Source: Cetorhinus maximus
Taxonomy: Eukaryota
Length of the DNA: 64,000 nucleotides
Assembly: GCF_964194155.1 (NCBI RefSeq)
Contig: NW_027596338.1
Location: 62,001 to 126,000, forward strand
Reading direction: 5' to 3'
In this document: in pieces, positions 23,330 to 36,845 of the stretch
How the letters are laid out: every line of letters starts with the position of its first letter
How positions within the stretch are numbered: position 1 is the stretch's first letter
Notes under the pieces: generated by a model
Databases searched by the model: none
What the model was told of the DNA's origin: nothing
What the model saw: the letters and a program-made list of their open reading frames with translations, nothing else
Made by a program: the position numbers and the translations under genes

Positions 23330-23935
23330 GAGGAAGCATTTCATAGGCTGGGTTTTATTTTCTTTGGAAAGCTGCTGGAACGGTTTGGCTGGAGGTGTCA
23401 CTAGTTCTGGAACACAAGTCTTCAGAGCTTTGATCTGATACATTGGTTGTGAGATCGCTTAGCTCTGGCTATCATAGGCTGCTTCCACTGTTTGGCAAGC
23501 AGTCCTGTGTTGTAGTTCACCAGGTTGACATTCCAATATGTCTTGTGCTGCTGCTGACCTGCTCTCCTGCACTCTTCATTGAACCAGGCTTGATCGCCTG
23601 GTTTGATGTAATTGTGGAGTGAGGGATATGCTGGGCCATGAGTTTACAGACTGTGGTTGAATACGATTCTGCTGCTGCTGATGGCTCGCACTGCCTCATG
23701 GGTTCCCAGTCTTGAGTTGCTAGATCTCTTCTGAATCTATCCTATTTAGCACAGTGGCAGTGCCACACAACACGATGGAGGGAATTGTCAGGGTGAAGGT
23801 GGGACTCTGACTCCACAAGGGCCTTGTGGGGTCACTCCTATCAATACTATCATGGACAGATGCATCTGTGACAGGTAGAATGGTGAGAATGAGTTCAAGG
23901 ATTTTCCCTCTTGTTGATTCCCTCACCAGTTGCCA
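23330..23935 (-). mobile_element. CR1-like LINE endonuclease-region fragment
   Basis: Minus ORF STRGKILELILTILPVTDASVHDSIDRSD. Confidence 0.7.
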
Positions 23936-25329
23936 CAGCTCCAGTCTGACAGAGCTGGAGGCAGCAGGCTATTAAACCCTGGAGGAACTGCCAGATCCAG
24001 GTATAAATTAGTGTTCTTCCACTGCATGGCGTGTTGCTGTTTCGAAACACCTTCAAATCACATTTGTATTCTGAGGATGAGGAAAGGCTTTGATAGAGGA
24101 ATTCACACAGACATTCCTCTTTTCCCCCCCCTCCAATTTCGCACTGACACATCTTACTCCTCCTTCCCTCTAACTTCATGCTATCACTTTCCTGCTCTCA
24201 CCACGTTTCCAGCTCCTGCCATTTCAGTGCCTCCACCATTACTTATTGTCTTGTTGATGTGTTTGAAGTGACTGAGTGCTTTTGCACATTATGGGAAGGA
24301 ATTCCTGGGCACAGTGCGGAGCTGTGTTTAATCACTTGATACAACAACAACAGGATGCAGATGTGAGGAGCATCAAATGGCAGGGAGAGGCCAGGAGCTG
24401 TGCTGAGGGGTCTGGGGGATGATGGGGAGTGGGAGTTCTTGTTGCTGGTGAGGACCAACTGGCAATTGTGCTTCATCTATGTGGACTCGACACCCACGCT
24501 CATGGCCATGAACTTTGGGACAATTTTTGCGCTTCCTTGGTCTCGATAAAAAAACATTTTCCCATATAAACCTCATGTGATGGTTAATGTTTCAGATGGG
24601 ACTCCCTAAGAAGGAATACATTTTGCATAAATTGTACTCAATAATCAATCCCCACCACCCAAAATAGTGTTAAATATCAGGCTGCATGACATATTTCACA
24701 TCGTTACCAGCTTTTGTAACAAAATCTGAATAGTTGGGTGGACACAGATGGGAAGTGGATTATGAGAAAGGATATTGAAGACAACAGTGATTGAAAACTG
24801 AGGTGAGAAATAACAATTGGATCAGATGAATGCTGGAGCTGTAGAAAAAAAAATGGGAAACAAGAAACACTGGTTATTAAGGCTTTTGAATAAATTAGCC
24901 TGGGAGACAATCAGCTTCAAGACATTTGATTAAAGTAAATGTATGTGATAGAACAAATATGAAATGCGCAGCTATTCCCTATGTGTTATATTCACAGCAG
25001 ATCTACCAAAGCACAGATCATACTGAGCCAGATTATCTGCTGTTTTACAACCATAGGAATGTTATACAATGTGATGAACCATTTAACAGAGCCACGGATT
25101 TATGTTGCTAAAATGTGTGCGTTTCCATTTTTATTGTTTGGAAATTGTGTTTTTGTCTTTAATTTGGTCGCAAAAACACTGCTACAATTTCACCCATGCT
25201 AAGCATCTTGGGATGTTTTATTAAAGTAAAGGTGTAAAATAAATGCAGATTTTTGTTGTTGTTGACTGTGAGGAGTGATTCCGTTGCCATTTAAGATGGA
25301 AACTCTTGTGTAGTTGCACCGGGGGAGGA

Positions 25330-25550
25330 TTTTCAGAGCTGACAGGACACGGCAGCATAGCCACATTGTGACAGACCATTCAGATAATTTACACGTGTGA
25401 AAGCATTGACTGAATTTTCCCACCTGGTAGAAAGAGGCTTTTTAAACGTTGTGTTTGTGGGCAGCGATTCAGCTGTTCTTCCCGCCTGCTGCGGCACCAG
25501 TAAGTTCATATGTGACTGTAGGGGTTGGATTCTGCTGTTATTGCTGCTCT
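25330..25550 (+). pseudogene. Decayed ZNF stub with family 3' tail
   Basis: caccagtaagttcatatgtgactgtaggggttggattctgctgttattgctgc. Confidence 0.65.
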
Positions 25551-25627
25551 TTGGAGACTCTCTATTTTCCACCAAATCCCATTCTCCTTTCTGCTGGATA
25601 ATGGAGGGTCCGCACAGTTGGGTTTCA

Positions 25628-26917
25628 GAATTACAGAATCACACAGTGCAGAAGAGGCCCTTCAGCCCATCGAGTCTTCACCGACACATGAGAAACACCT
25701 GACTTCCCTACCTAATCCCATTTACCAGCACTTGGCCCACAGCCTTGAATGTTATGACGTGCCAAGTGCTCATCCAGGCACTTTTTAAAGGATGTGAGGC
25801 AACCTGCCCCCACCACCCTCCCAGGCAGCGCATTCCAGACCGTCACCACCCTCTGGTTAAAAAAGTTTTTCCTCACATCCCCCCTAAAACTTCTGCCCCT
25901 CACCTTGAAGTTATGCCCCCTTGTGACTGACCCTTCAACTAAGGGGAACAGCTGCTCCCTATCCACCCTGTCCATGACCCTCATAATCTTGTACACCTTG
26001 ATCAGGTCACCCCTCAGTCTTCTCTGCTCCAACAAAAACAACCCAAGTCTATCCAACCTCTCTTCATAACTTAAATGTTTCATCCCAGGGCAACATTTTG
26101 GTGAATCTCCTCTGCACCATCTCCAGTGCAATCACATCCTTCCTATAATGTGGTGACCAAAACTGCACTCAGTACTCCAGCTGTGGCCTCACCAAGGTTC
26201 TATACAACTCCAACATGACCTCCCTACTTTTGTAACCTATGCCTCGATTGATAAAGGCAAGTGTCCCAAATGCCTTTTTCACCACCCCACTAACATACCC
26301 CTCCGACTTCAGAGATCTGTGGACACACACGCCAAGGTCCCTTTGTTCTTCAGAACTTCCAATGTCATGCCGTTCATTGAATACTTCCTTGTCAAATTAC
26401 GCCTTCCAAAGTGTATCACCTCACACTTTTCAGGGTTAAATTCCATCTGCCACTTATCTGCCCATTTGACCATCCCGTCTATATCTTGCTGTAGCCCAAG
26501 ACACTCAACCTCACTGTTAACCACCCGGCCAATCTTTGTGTCATCCGCAAACTTACTAAACCTACCCCCTACATAGTCATCTATGTCATTTATATAAATG
26601 ATGAATAATAGGGGACCAAGCACAGATCCCTGTGGTACGCCACTGGACACTGGCTTCAGGTCACTAAAGCATCCTTCTGTCATCAACCTCTGCCACCTAC
26701 AAGCCAAAACCTTGTCAAAGGCTTTGCTGAAATCCATATAAACTACTTCAACTGCACTACCCTCATCTACACACCTGGTCACCCCCTCAAAAAATTCAGT
26801 CAAATTTGTTAGGCATGACCTCCGTCTGACAAAGCCATGCTGACTATCCCTGATCAAACCTTGCCTCTCCAAGTGGAGATAGATTCTCTCCTTCAGAATT
26901 TTCTCCAATAGTTTCAA
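25628..26917 (-). mobile_element. 5'-truncated, internally deleted CR1 LINE
   Basis: DSQHGFVRRRSCLTNL, YMDFSKAFDKV, SGVPQGSVLGPLLF, KFADDTK, RRLRGDLIKVYK; absent from the paralogous site near 36940. Confidence 0.95.
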
Positions 26918-27024
26918 TATAATATAACGATATTATTTGTTTCCTAAGTTAATTGTTTGATCCTCCGGCCCCAGTCTCCGTACCACACCAGGAAAACAAA
27001 TCTCGATACAATAATTTGTATTTT

Positions 27025-27410
27025 CAATGGCGGGGCTTTCACCCATCATCCCCCGCGGTGGGGAATATCCCCTATCCACATCACAGGAGAGCAATACGCA
27101 GGCGCAGTGGAGAAAAACATTGGAGCATGCGCAGAGCCAGTAATGACGATGGGGAGAATGCTTTGTCAGATCCGTATCGGTAAGGGCGAAAATCGGGGGA
27201 CGGAGGAAGCAATGGATCCGGTGGGTAGACGGAAAGGTTTTGTAAACATGTTGCGTAATCCGAAAAACCCCGAAAAAGACCATAGCGTTCCCACTTTTGT
27301 ACGGAGCCAGGACGGCAGTTTTGTTCCGATTGCAGCCCCGAGGTAACGGTCGCCATCTTTACTGTGGGCGGGGCGCGTGCGCAGCCGCCATCTTTACTGT
27401 GGGCATTTTT
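27025..27410 (+). promoter_or_regulatory. ZNF promoter cassette and first exon (gene 3)
   Basis: AATGGCGG, TCACCCATCATCCCCCGC 27039-27056, CGCAGGCGCA, GCATGCGCA, donor GAG|GTAACG at 27343, duplicated CGCCATCTTTACTGTGGGC. Confidence 0.72.
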
Positions 27411-27529
27411 TGAAATGTTCCCAATGACAGACTGAGGACAATTGTCCATCAAGCTGCTTCACACTTTGAGTTACAATGTGTAATTGATGAGGCAAATCAA
27501 CGATATATGTCCAAGGCAGTGACAATAAT

Positions 27530-28500
27530 TATGCCTTTAGCATAATAAAATTTTCCAAGGCATTTCACAGAAATATTACAAAGTGACGTTTGACACTGAG
27601 CCACATGAGCCATATTAGGGCAGGTGACCAAAAGCTTTGTCAAAGAGGTAGGTTTTAAGGAGTATTTTAAAGAAGAAGAGTGAGGCGTAGAGCTGTGGCC
27701 TAGGCAACTGAAAGAACAGTCACTGATGGTGGAGCGATTAAAATCGGGAATGCTCAAGTGGCTGGAATTAGATCAGTGTAGAGATCCTGGCGAGGGCTGT
27801 GGCTGGAGGAGAATACAGAGATCGGGATCATCACAACCATGGAGGAAAACATGAGAATTTTAAAGTTTTGGTGCTTTTAAAATGAGAGCCTTTGTCGGTC
27901 GGTGAGCACAGGGGTGATGTGTGAACAAGACTGAGTGTGAGTAAGCACACAGATAGCAGAGTTTTGGATGACCTCAAGATTCTGGGGGTAGGAGGATGGA
28001 GTTGAATGTTGGAGGCCGGTTGGGTATGCATTAGGATAATTTAGACTATAGGTAACAAATGAATGGATGACACTTTCAACAGCAGATAAACTGAAACTAG
28101 GGCGGAGTCGGGTGATGTTACTGAGGCAGAAATAGGTGGTCTTCGTGTTGATGCGGATATGTGGCTGTAAGCTCATCTCGCGATTGTGAACAGTGTGATT
28201 CAGCCTCAGGCAGTTGCCAAGGGAGAGAGTCAGTGGTTAGGGAGTGGAATTTGTAGTAGGCACTGAAAGCAATAATGTGAGCATTGGTGGCTCAGCCAGC
28301 ATTTATTGCCTATCCCTAACTGCCCTTGAGAAGGTGGTGGTGAGCTGCCTTCTTGAACCACTGCAGTCCATGTGGTATAGGTACACCCACAGTGCTGTTA
28401 GGAAGGGAGTTCCAGGATTTTGACCCAGTGGCAGGGAAGGAATATTTAAATGGAGGAGATTTCTGCTCATCCAGTGCTGGATGTCAGACAAATCAGCACT
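27530..28500 (-). mobile_element. L2 LINE 3' fragment with nested CR1-like tail
   Basis: Minus ORFs LSNITRLRPSFS..LNY.N..L, IQNSA..VLT...HITPVL; L2 tail. Confidence 0.8.
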
Positions 28501-29115
28501 GTGTGACTTGGATTTTTTAAAATTCATTTATGAAAGTTGCAGGCTGGGCCAGCATTTATTGCCCATCCCTAATTGCCCTTGAGAAAGTGGGAGTGAGCCA
28601 TCTTCTTGAACCGCTGCAGTCCATGGAGGGAAGCTTGGAGGTGATGGTGTAAACATACACCTGCTCCCCTCATACTTTTAGTTAGTGGAGGTTGAGGATT
28701 TGGGAGATTCTGTCAAAGTTCTAGTTGAGCTGTAGATATTTAAAATCCCTCTCTTTCACTCTCTGCCTCCCCTTTTTCTTGCTATCCCTCTCACCCTTTC
28801 TCTTTCTCCCTCATCCCCCCCATAGAGGCCAGAGACTTGTGTAGGCCCAGTCTTGATGGCAGGTTCCCTTCCCTGAAGGACATCAGTGAAAAAGTTGGGT
28901 TGTTTTGACAATCCAGCAGATTTCATGGTCACTTTTGCTAGTGTCAGCTCCACAAATGACCATATTCATTCAGCTCAATTTCACAACTTGCCTTTGTGTT
29001 TTTGTGGGTTCTCTCTCACTCCCATTTTTTTCTGTTTTAAATCAACTTCACAGAGTATTAGAGGGGGAGGATTTGCACTTTGGGAAACTCAAAGCAAATA
29101 TCACATCGGGATCTG

Positions 29116-30177
29116 ATGGAGTCGCTCAATTTATCGTCACCTGAATGTCATCAGATTTTGAACATGGAAGGAAAAAGCACCGTTTACAGTGGGGAGAAAC
29201 TGTGGAAATGTGGGGAATGTGAGGAGAGGTTCAGTTACCCGTCTGAGCTGGAAGCTCATCGACGCATTCACACTGGGCAGAGGCCGTTCACCTGCTTCGA
29301 ATGTGGAAAGGGATTCACTCGGCTATCCGACCTGTTAACACACCAGCGAATTCACACTGGGGAGAGGCCATTCACCTGCTCTGAGTGTGGGAAGGGATTC
29401 ATTCAGTCATCCAACCTGCTGACATACCAGCGGGTTCACACTGGGGAGAGAGCTTTCAAATGTCCAGACTGTGGGAAATGCTATAGAAGTTCTGGGGACC
29501 TGATGTACCATCAACGTGTTCACACTGATGAGAGACCGTTCAGGTGCTCTCACTGTGGGACTGGGTTCAGGGGATCGTTTCAACTCACTGTACACCAGCG
29601 AATTCACACTGGTGAGAGGCCATTCACCTGCTATGTGTGTGGGAAGAGATTCACTCAATTGTCCCATGTGCTGAGACATGAGAGAGTTCATACTGGGGAG
29701 AGACCTTTTAAATGTCCAGACTGTGAGAAGTGCTATAAAAGCTCTGGGGAACTGATGTCCCATCAACGTGTTCACACTGATGAGAGACCATTCAAGTGCT
29801 CTCACTGCGGGACTGGGTTCATTCGATCGTCTGAACTAACCGCACACCAGCGAATTCACACTGGTGAGAGACCGTTCAAGTGCTCCTCCTGTGGGACTGG
29901 GTTCAAGCACTCATCTCAACTCACTGTACACCGGCGGATTCACACTGGACAGAGACCGTTCACCTGCTCTGAGTGTGGGAAGGGATTTGCTCAGTCAACC
30001 ACCCTGCTGAATCACCAGCGAGTTCATACTGGGGAGAGGCCGTTCACCTGTTCCGAGTGTGGGAAGAAATTCACCCGGTCATCCCACCTGCTGAATCACC
30101 AGCGAGTTCACATGGGGAGAGGCTGTTCACCTGCTCCGAGTGTGGGAACGGATTCACTTGGTGATCCACCCTGCTGA
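29116..30177 (+). CDS. C2H2 zinc-finger protein (gene 3), 11 fingers (one degenerate); last finger frameshifted
   Basis: Open frame 29080-30177, ATGs at 29116 and 29164 (MEGKSTV); acceptor ttcacag at 29053; AATAAA ~30325. Confidence 0.85.
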   Translation: MESLNLSSPECHQILNMEGKSTVYSGEKLWKCGECEERFSYPSELEAHRRIHTGQRPFTCFECGKGFTRLSDLLTHQRIHTGERPFTCSECGKGFIQSSNLLTYQRVHTGERAFKCPDCGKCYRSSGDLMYHQRVHTDERPFRCSHCGTGFRGSFQLTVHQRIHTGERPFTCYVCGKRFTQLSHVLRHERVHTGERPFKCPDCEKCYKSSGELMSHQRVHTDERPFKCSHCGTGFIRSSELTAHQRIHTGERPFKCSSCGTGFKHSSQLTVHRRIHTGQRPFTCSECGKGFAQSTTLLNHQRVHTGERPFTCSECGKKFTRSSHLLNHQRVHMGRGCSPAPSVGTDSLGDPPC

Positions 30178-30399
30178 GACGCTAGCGAGTTCATGAGTAA
30201 CTACAATGATTGGATTTTTCTGTTAATCACATTCAGGACTGAACTCTGTTAATGTGAATCTGTTTCTGTGGATGTTAATAAATTCCAGCCCAGTAATGGG
30301 CATTAACATTGTGGATAAATGTCAAATAAATCAGCTTTGTGTTAAACACACAGTGTGTTGAGTCTTTTTAATATCTTCAACACAAGTTAGTTCCTTCTG

Positions 30400-32360
30400 A
30401 ATTACTCTCCCTCTCCCCACCTCTAATACCCTCAGCTCCAACAAGTGTGAGGAGCTCATGGAGCTTCATTGTCACTAAGATTGAGACAATCTGATCAGCT
30501 GCCTCTGCTACTTCCCTGCCTTCCACTAACACACTGGACAAAACTGTCTCTAAAGTTCCCCCTTGTCTGAGCCCTGAACTCTCATCTTTTTTAAATTTCT
30601 CTCCAATCTCCTCTCATGCCCTCTCAGGTCTAATCTTGTCCATGAGACCTATTTCCTCTTCCCCGAACCTTATTCCCACTGAACTACTGACTGCCCAAAC
30701 ACCCCACCTTACCAGATATTGTTGCTGGTTCTCTCTCATCAGGTGATTTCCTACTTTCCTTCAAATCTGCTGTCATCACCCCCATCCTCAAAGAACACAA
30801 CTCCATTGTCCTTGCAAACTACTGCCCCATCTCTCACCTCCCCGAAGTCTGAGACCATTTTGTCGCCTCCCAAATCCGTTCCCATCTTTCCTGGAATTCC
30901 ATGTTTCAATCCCTCCCAGCAGATTCCTGCCCCTCGATCACAGTAACCAACCAGCTCTTATCAAAGTCACAAAACAAATCCCATGTAACTGACAGAGATG
31001 AGCTATTCCTCCTTGTCCTTCTTGGTCTGTTTGCAGCCTTTGACATGGTTTACCACACAATCCTCCTTTGCCAAATCCCATTCACCTATCACCTCTGGTC
31101 TCACTGACCTACATTGGCTCCTGATCAAGCAGCATCTCTTCACTGTTGTCCAGCTGGTGGGACTGCTCTCTCCTGGCTCGTTGCTTATCTATTGGCAGCC
31201 AGAGTACTGCCCACAATGTTTCTCTTCTCTCTCCCACACAGTTACCTCTGGTATTCCTGGGGATCTATCCTTGGCCCCTCCTATTTCAATCTACATGCTG
31301 CCCCTCAAGGATGTCATCTGAAAAAAGTGTTTGATTTCACATTATGCAGATTACTCCACCATCTCTCTTGACTCCTCCACTGTTACTAAATGATCAGACT
31401 GCTTAGCCATCATCCTGTACTGGACCTTCAGAAATTTCATACAATTGTTGGAAAGGCCGATGACATTGTTTATGGTCCCCTGCTCCAAATTCCATTCCCA
31501 ACCTACTGACCAACCTCCATTCCCAACCTTCTCCCTGGCAACTGTCTGAGAATAAACCAGACTTTTCACAGCTTTGATTCAGATCTGACCCTGAGATTAG
31601 CAACTGACCACAGATTTGCTCCATCACTAATACTACCTCCTTCCACCTCTGTAACATCACCCGGCTCCACCCCCGCCACAGCTCATTTAGAACCTCACCC
31701 CATCCTTTTGTTACCTCGAGACTGAACTATTCCAACATACTCCTGGCCGGCCCCCCACACTTTTTTTTATCCTTTAATAGGATGTGACGTCACTGGTTAG
31801 GCCAGCATTTATTGGTGAGCTGTGTTCCTGAACCGCTGCAGCCCATGTGGTGTAGGTACACCCACAGTGCTGTTAGGTTGGGAGTTCCAGGATCTCGACC
31901 CAGCGACAGTGAAGGAACGGCAATATATTTCCAAGTCAGGATGGCGAGTGGCTTAGAGGGGAACTTCTAGGTGGTGGTGTTCCCATCTGTCTGCTGCCCT
32001 TGTCCTTCTAAATGATAATGGATCAGAAAACTCAAGGTCATCCAAAACTTTGTTATCTATGTCCTAACAGACCAAATCCCATTCACCTATCACCCCATTC
32101 TCACTGCACGCATTAGCTCCTGGTGTAGCAACACATCAAATTTAAAATGATCATCCTTGTTTTCAATCAGTGCATCACCTCGTCGGTCCCTCCCTTTGTA
32201 ACCTCCCTCACCCACCTCCCTCCTTAAGCTGCTTAAAATTGAACTTTTTAATCATTCTTTTGGCCGCCTGTCCTAATTTCTCTGTATGTGGCTCTGCCAA
32301 ATTTCATTTGATAGTTCTCCTTGGGAGAATTCTCCTCTGGTAAATGTGTTAAATGAAGGC
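30400..32360 (+). mobile_element. Decayed L2 LINE with nested CR1-like tail (about 31770-32010)
   Basis: LLVLLGLFAAFDMVYHTILL, TSGIPG.SILGP, L2 3' motifs. Confidence 0.8.
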
Positions 32361-32369
32361 AAGTTGTTG

Positions 32370-32850
32370 GGTGTGATTAACAACAGTAATAACACCAGAA
32401 TCCAACTCCTGCAGTCACATGTGAGCTCACTGTGTCTCAGCATTAGGGTGACTGACTGAATCCCTTCCAGCGCATAGAGCGGGGAAACAGTCTCTCCGTG
32501 CTGTGACTGCACTGATGACTTTCAAGGCTCAGATGGGTAATTGAATCCTTTCCACAGTCCAGATATTTCCATGGTTTCACCATGGTGTAGGTATCCTTTT
32601 GTCCCTCCAGGTTAATGGTCAGTTGAAGCCTCGTTCACGCACGAAACTTGTACGGTTTCTCCCATTGCGAATCTGCAAATCCTGCCTTTCTCATACCCTG
32701 TAAAAGGAGTTTAGAAACGTAATCACTGTATGTATAGGATAGAAATTATAGTTTCTATGGAACAATTTTTCCTCTTTTGTTTCCCCAAAGCTGTAAATCC
32801 CTATCCCAAACTCTCCCTCCTCCCTGGGCTGAAATCCAAACTCGGTTCCA
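32370..32850 (-). pseudogene. Decayed ZNF gene with family leader and tail
   Basis: Reverse complement reads ttttacagggtatgag...ggcttcaactga...accatggtgaaaccatggaaatatctggactgtggaaagg...gtgactgcaggagttggattctgg. Confidence 0.75.
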
Positions 32851-32859
32851 CATGTTCCC

Positions 32860-33440
32860 TGTGTAAAAGTCAGATGGACATTTTGATCGGACGTACTTTG
32901 TACAATTTTGGTCTCAATACTTAAGGAAGGACTTACTTGCACTGGAAGCAGTTCAGAGAATGTTGACTAGGCTGATTCCTGGGATGAAAGGGTTTGTCTT
33001 CTGAGGAAGGCATTAATAGGTTGGATCTGATTCCATTGGAGTTGAGAAGAATGAGAGATGATCTTAATGAAACATAGAAGATACTGCTGGTGGCTTGATA
33101 GGGAGGATGCTGAGAGGATGTTTCCGCTCTTGGGTGAATCTAGAACTAGGGGGCACAGTTTCAGAATAAGGGGTCTCACATTGAAGGCTGAGATGAGGTG
33201 GAATTTCTTCCCTCACAGGATAATGAATCATTGGAATTCTCTTCCCCAGAGAGCAGTGGAGGCTGGGTCATTGAATATATTCACTGCTGTATTAGACAAG
33301 ATGTTTGATCTACCAAGGAGTCCAGGGTTATGGGGGGATAGGCAGGAAAGTGGAGTTGAGGCGACAGTCAGATCAGCCCTGATCTTATTGACTGGCAGAG
33401 CAGGCTCTGTGGGGCCAAATGGCCCACTCCTATGTTCTTT
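32860..33440 (+). mobile_element. CR1 LINE 3' fragment
   Basis: DREDAERMFPLLGESRTRGHSFRIRG..WNSLPQRAVEA; CR1 tail. Confidence 0.88.
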
Positions 33441-33479
33441 TAATCCCGGTATCCAAGGACAGAGAATCACGAACAATAT

Positions 33480-33800
33480 CAGTGAACATGGGCAAGTTAG
33501 GTGATCAGCAGTTTAGTGGTGCTAGGATCGAGAGAGGAGGCTGGTCTCAGGGGCAAGATGAGCTCTGAAAGCATGAGGTGACATAGGGGAAAAATAGAGA
33601 AAAATGTGATTTTAGGGCTCAGACAAGGGGCAACTTTACAGGCATTTTGGTCCGATGAGCGAGTGGAAGGGAGGGAAGCGGCGGTGGGAGCTGATTGGAT
33701 TGTCTCAATCTTAGTGACAAAGAAGCTCCATGACCTCCACCCACTTGTTGCTGGAGATGATGATGAAGGAGACAGGGGAGAGGGAGAGCACTTCAAAAAG
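33480..33800 (-). mobile_element. L2 fragment, inverted paralog of 30400-30700
   Basis: FFVTKIETIQS; matches catggagcttcattgtcactaagattgagacaatc at 30458-30492. Confidence 0.75.
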
Positions 33801-33984
33801 AACCAACTTATGTTAGTTATTAAAAAGAGCTGAAACACTATATTTAACACAAAGCTGATTTATTTGACTTTTATCCTGAATATTCACCACCATAACTGGG
33901 CTAGAGTTTGACATCAGCAAAAACAGACCCCATGAACATGGCTCTGTCTGGGATGTGATTAACAGCAAAATCCAATAACTGTGG

Positions 33985-34854
33985 TTACTTGTGAACTTGC
34001 TGGTGTCTCAGCAGAGTGGATGACCTACCAAACCTCTTCCCACACATGGAACAGGTGAACGGCCTCTCCCCAGTGTGAACTTGCTGGTGTCTCAGAAGGG
34101 TGCATGCATGATTGAATCTCCTCCCACACTCGGAGCATGAGAACCGCCTCTCTCCAGTATGAGTGCGCTGGTGTACAATGAGATGAGATGATTCCCTGAA
34201 CCCAGTCCCGCAGTGAGAACACCTGAATGGTCTCTCCCCAGTGTGAACACGTTGATGGCACATCAGTTCCCCGGAACCCTTATAGTACTTCCCACAGTCT
34301 GGGCATTTAAAAGGTCTCTCCTCGGTGTGAACTCGCTCATGTCTCAGCACATGGGATGACTGGGCAAATCCCTTCCCACACTTGGAGCAGGTGAAAGGTC
34401 TCTCCCCAGTGTGAAATCGCTGATGTATCAACAGGTTGGATGAATCACTGAATCCCTTCCCACATACAGAGCAGGTGAATGGCCTCTCCCCAGTGTGAGT
34501 ACGCTTGTGTGTCAGCAGATGGGTTGACTGAGTGAATCCCTTCCCACACACGGAGCAGCTGAACGGCCTCTCTCCAGTGTGAACTCGCTGGTGAGTCAGC
34601 AGGTGGGATGAGGTGGTGAATCCCTTCCCACATTCAGAGCAGGTGAACGGCCTCTCCCCAGTATGAATACGCCGATGTGTTTCCAGGTCAGATGGGCAAT
34701 TGAATCCCTTCCCACAGTCCCCACATTTCCACGGCTTCTCCCTATTGTAACTGCATTTATGTTTTGACAGGTCAGATGATCGATTGAAGCCTCGTCCACA
34801 AACAGAACATGTGTATGGTTTCTCTCCACTGTGAACAGTGCTTTTTCCTTCCAT
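33985..34854 (-). CDS. C2H2 zinc-finger protein (gene 4), 289 aa, 10 fingers (first atypical)
   Basis: Intact [19 protein letters not shown]...; AATAAA on minus ~33859-33864; paralog of gene 3. Confidence 0.9.
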   Translation of the reverse strand: MEGKSTVHSGEKPYTCSVCGRGFNRSSDLSKHKCSYNREKPWKCGDCGKGFNCPSDLETHRRIHTGERPFTCSECGKGFTTSSHLLTHQRVHTGERPFSCSVCGKGFTQSTHLLTHKRTHTGERPFTCSVCGKGFSDSSNLLIHQRFHTGERPFTCSKCGKGFAQSSHVLRHERVHTEERPFKCPDCGKYYKGSGELMCHQRVHTGERPFRCSHCGTGFRESSHLIVHQRTHTGERRFSCSECGRRFNHACTLLRHQQVHTGERPFTCSMCGKRFGRSSTLLRHQQVHK

Positions 34855-35459
34855 GTCTAAATTCTGATGATATTCAGGTTATGATAAATTGGACGACTCC
34901 ATCAGATTCTGATGTGATGTTTGGTTTGAGTTGCCCGACTGCAAATCCTCCCCTTAATACCCTGTGAAATTGATTTAAATCAGAAAAAAAAGAGCGAGAG
35001 AGAATCCACAAAAACACAAAGATAGGTTGTGAAAGTAAAGTCTGCAGAAGTGCCAGTAAAATGTTAAACAAGGTCAAAATACACCCATTATTAGAGGGAG
35101 AGGAAGTTAGACAATAGCAGAGAGAACAGAGGTGAAACGGAGCAATGGGTGGACATGGGTTCTGATCCACAGTAAAGGAGCCACACCAGCCCCAGAGCCA
35201 TGGATCCTCTCACAGATAACAGAGCATAGAACTAAAAGCTCGAAGTTGTAGATAAATGCTCAAAAATACTCACCTCTGAAACAATTTCAGCTTTTAATGT
35301 TAATGTCTCCTGCTGGAGCCGGCAGCTGGAAAGATATCAGAAGCCCTGGCGTCAGAGAAAAATCTCCCAGTTGAGGAAATACCCGGGGAGCGGGATGATG
35401 TCACCGCGCAATTGTCGGTGTGTGATGACATCACAGACATGAACACACAACATCTGGGT

Positions 35460-35800
35460 CTGTGCAAACCAGTGATCACCACATATTATGAAGGATGTGA
35501 GGGTCCCTGAGAGGGTGCAGTGGAGATTTACCAGAATGGTTCCAGGGATGAGGGATTTTAGTTGCAATGTTGGGTTGGAGAAACTGGGGCTATTCTCCTT
35601 GGAGCAAAGGAGATTGAGAGGAGATATGATAGAGGTGTACAAGTTTATGATTGTTTAGATAAGGTAGATAAAGAAAAACTGTTCCCATTATTTGAATGGG
35701 AGTAAAAGGATCACAGGAAATAGATTTAAGATTCATGGGCAAGATCTACAGGAAGATGTGACAAAGAAAGTTTATACAGCGAGTGGTCATGATCTGGAAT
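35460..35800 (+). mobile_element. CR1 3' fragment
   Basis: tcaccacatattatgaaggatgtg...gagattgagaggagatatgatagaggtgtacaag. Confidence 0.8.
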
Positions 35801-36499
35801 TTAATGCTTACACTCAAAGGCCGATAACATCCAGGTCCTGATGAATCAAGTGATGCTGTCAGAGTTTGATGTGATGTTTGATTTGAGTTTCCTTTCTGCA
35901 AAACCTCTTCTAGTACCCTGTAAAAGATGTTTACAAAAACCATCAGTGTCTGTCAAGGATAGAAATTGAAACGAGACAAACATTTCTCTTGATCTGAGTT
36001 TGCTTCATGTAAATCCTCCCCTTCTAACCCCCTGTTAAAGAGGTTTCCAAAAGCCATCACTGTCAGGCCAGGATAGAAATTCACAACATTCTCTTCCCCT
36101 ACCACACATGCGCCCTGCTGCACATTGCCCCTTGTCGTCATCAGCGCTCCCTCGATTCGAGGATGACGTCAACTCAGGGTTGTGAGTTTCTGCCGTGGGT
36201 CTTCATGTGACTGAACAGACCCACAGATCTTTGGACACATGGGGCAGGACGTCCATGAGGAAGTGGAAATCAGAGAGCAGGATTTGCATCCTTTTCTTTC
36301 CTGCTCTGCTTCGTCAATAAGACTCAAAGCGTAAAGGTCAGAGCTTGATGGACAAGTTGTTTCAATTCTGTCGTTAAAAACATTCAAAAACATCTTCCCA
36401 ATAAAATTTGCAGCCGCGCATGCTCCCTGCTGCACATTGCCCCAAACAAAAATGGCAGCTACGCATGCGCCCTGCTGCGCATTGCCCGCTCTGAAGATG

Positions 36500-36845
36500 A
36501 CTGCCATGATCTGGGGCCTGTAACTGGGAGAAATCGCACCTACAGCTCCTGTCACTCTGTGCAAAATGGGGAACTGCGGGTTCTTTTTCGGCGTTTGCCG
36601 CTTACACAACAGATTTACAAAGCCTCCCCGACCACCTGCCTGATCCACCGCTTCCTCCGCCCGGCCGTTCCCCACCCCTCCTTTACCAACTGCGGATCCG
36701 AAAAAGAAGCTCCTCTCCATCGCCAGCGCTCCCACTGTGCATGCTCTAATCACTGGGCACTGCGCCTGCGCACTGGTCTCTTGTGATGTGACTAGAGGAC
36801 ATTCTCCACCGCATGGAATACTGGGTAACGGCACCGCCATTGATA
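36500..36845 (-). promoter_or_regulatory. ZNF promoter cassette and first exon (gene 4)
   Basis: Minus strand AATGGCGG, TTACCCAGTATTCCATGC (36811-36828), TGCGCAGGCGCA, GCATGCACA. Confidence 0.72.

Noticed and set aside
29407-29805. Antisense and alternate-frame ORFs over ZNF arrays (also 9901, 20460, 34025, 44562 etc.)
   Set aside because: Expected shadows of periodic 84-bp finger repeats
36169-36840. 223-aa minus ORF as a separate gene
   Set aside because: Runs through GC-rich promoter, first exon and intronic repeats; the frame has stops in paralogous regions
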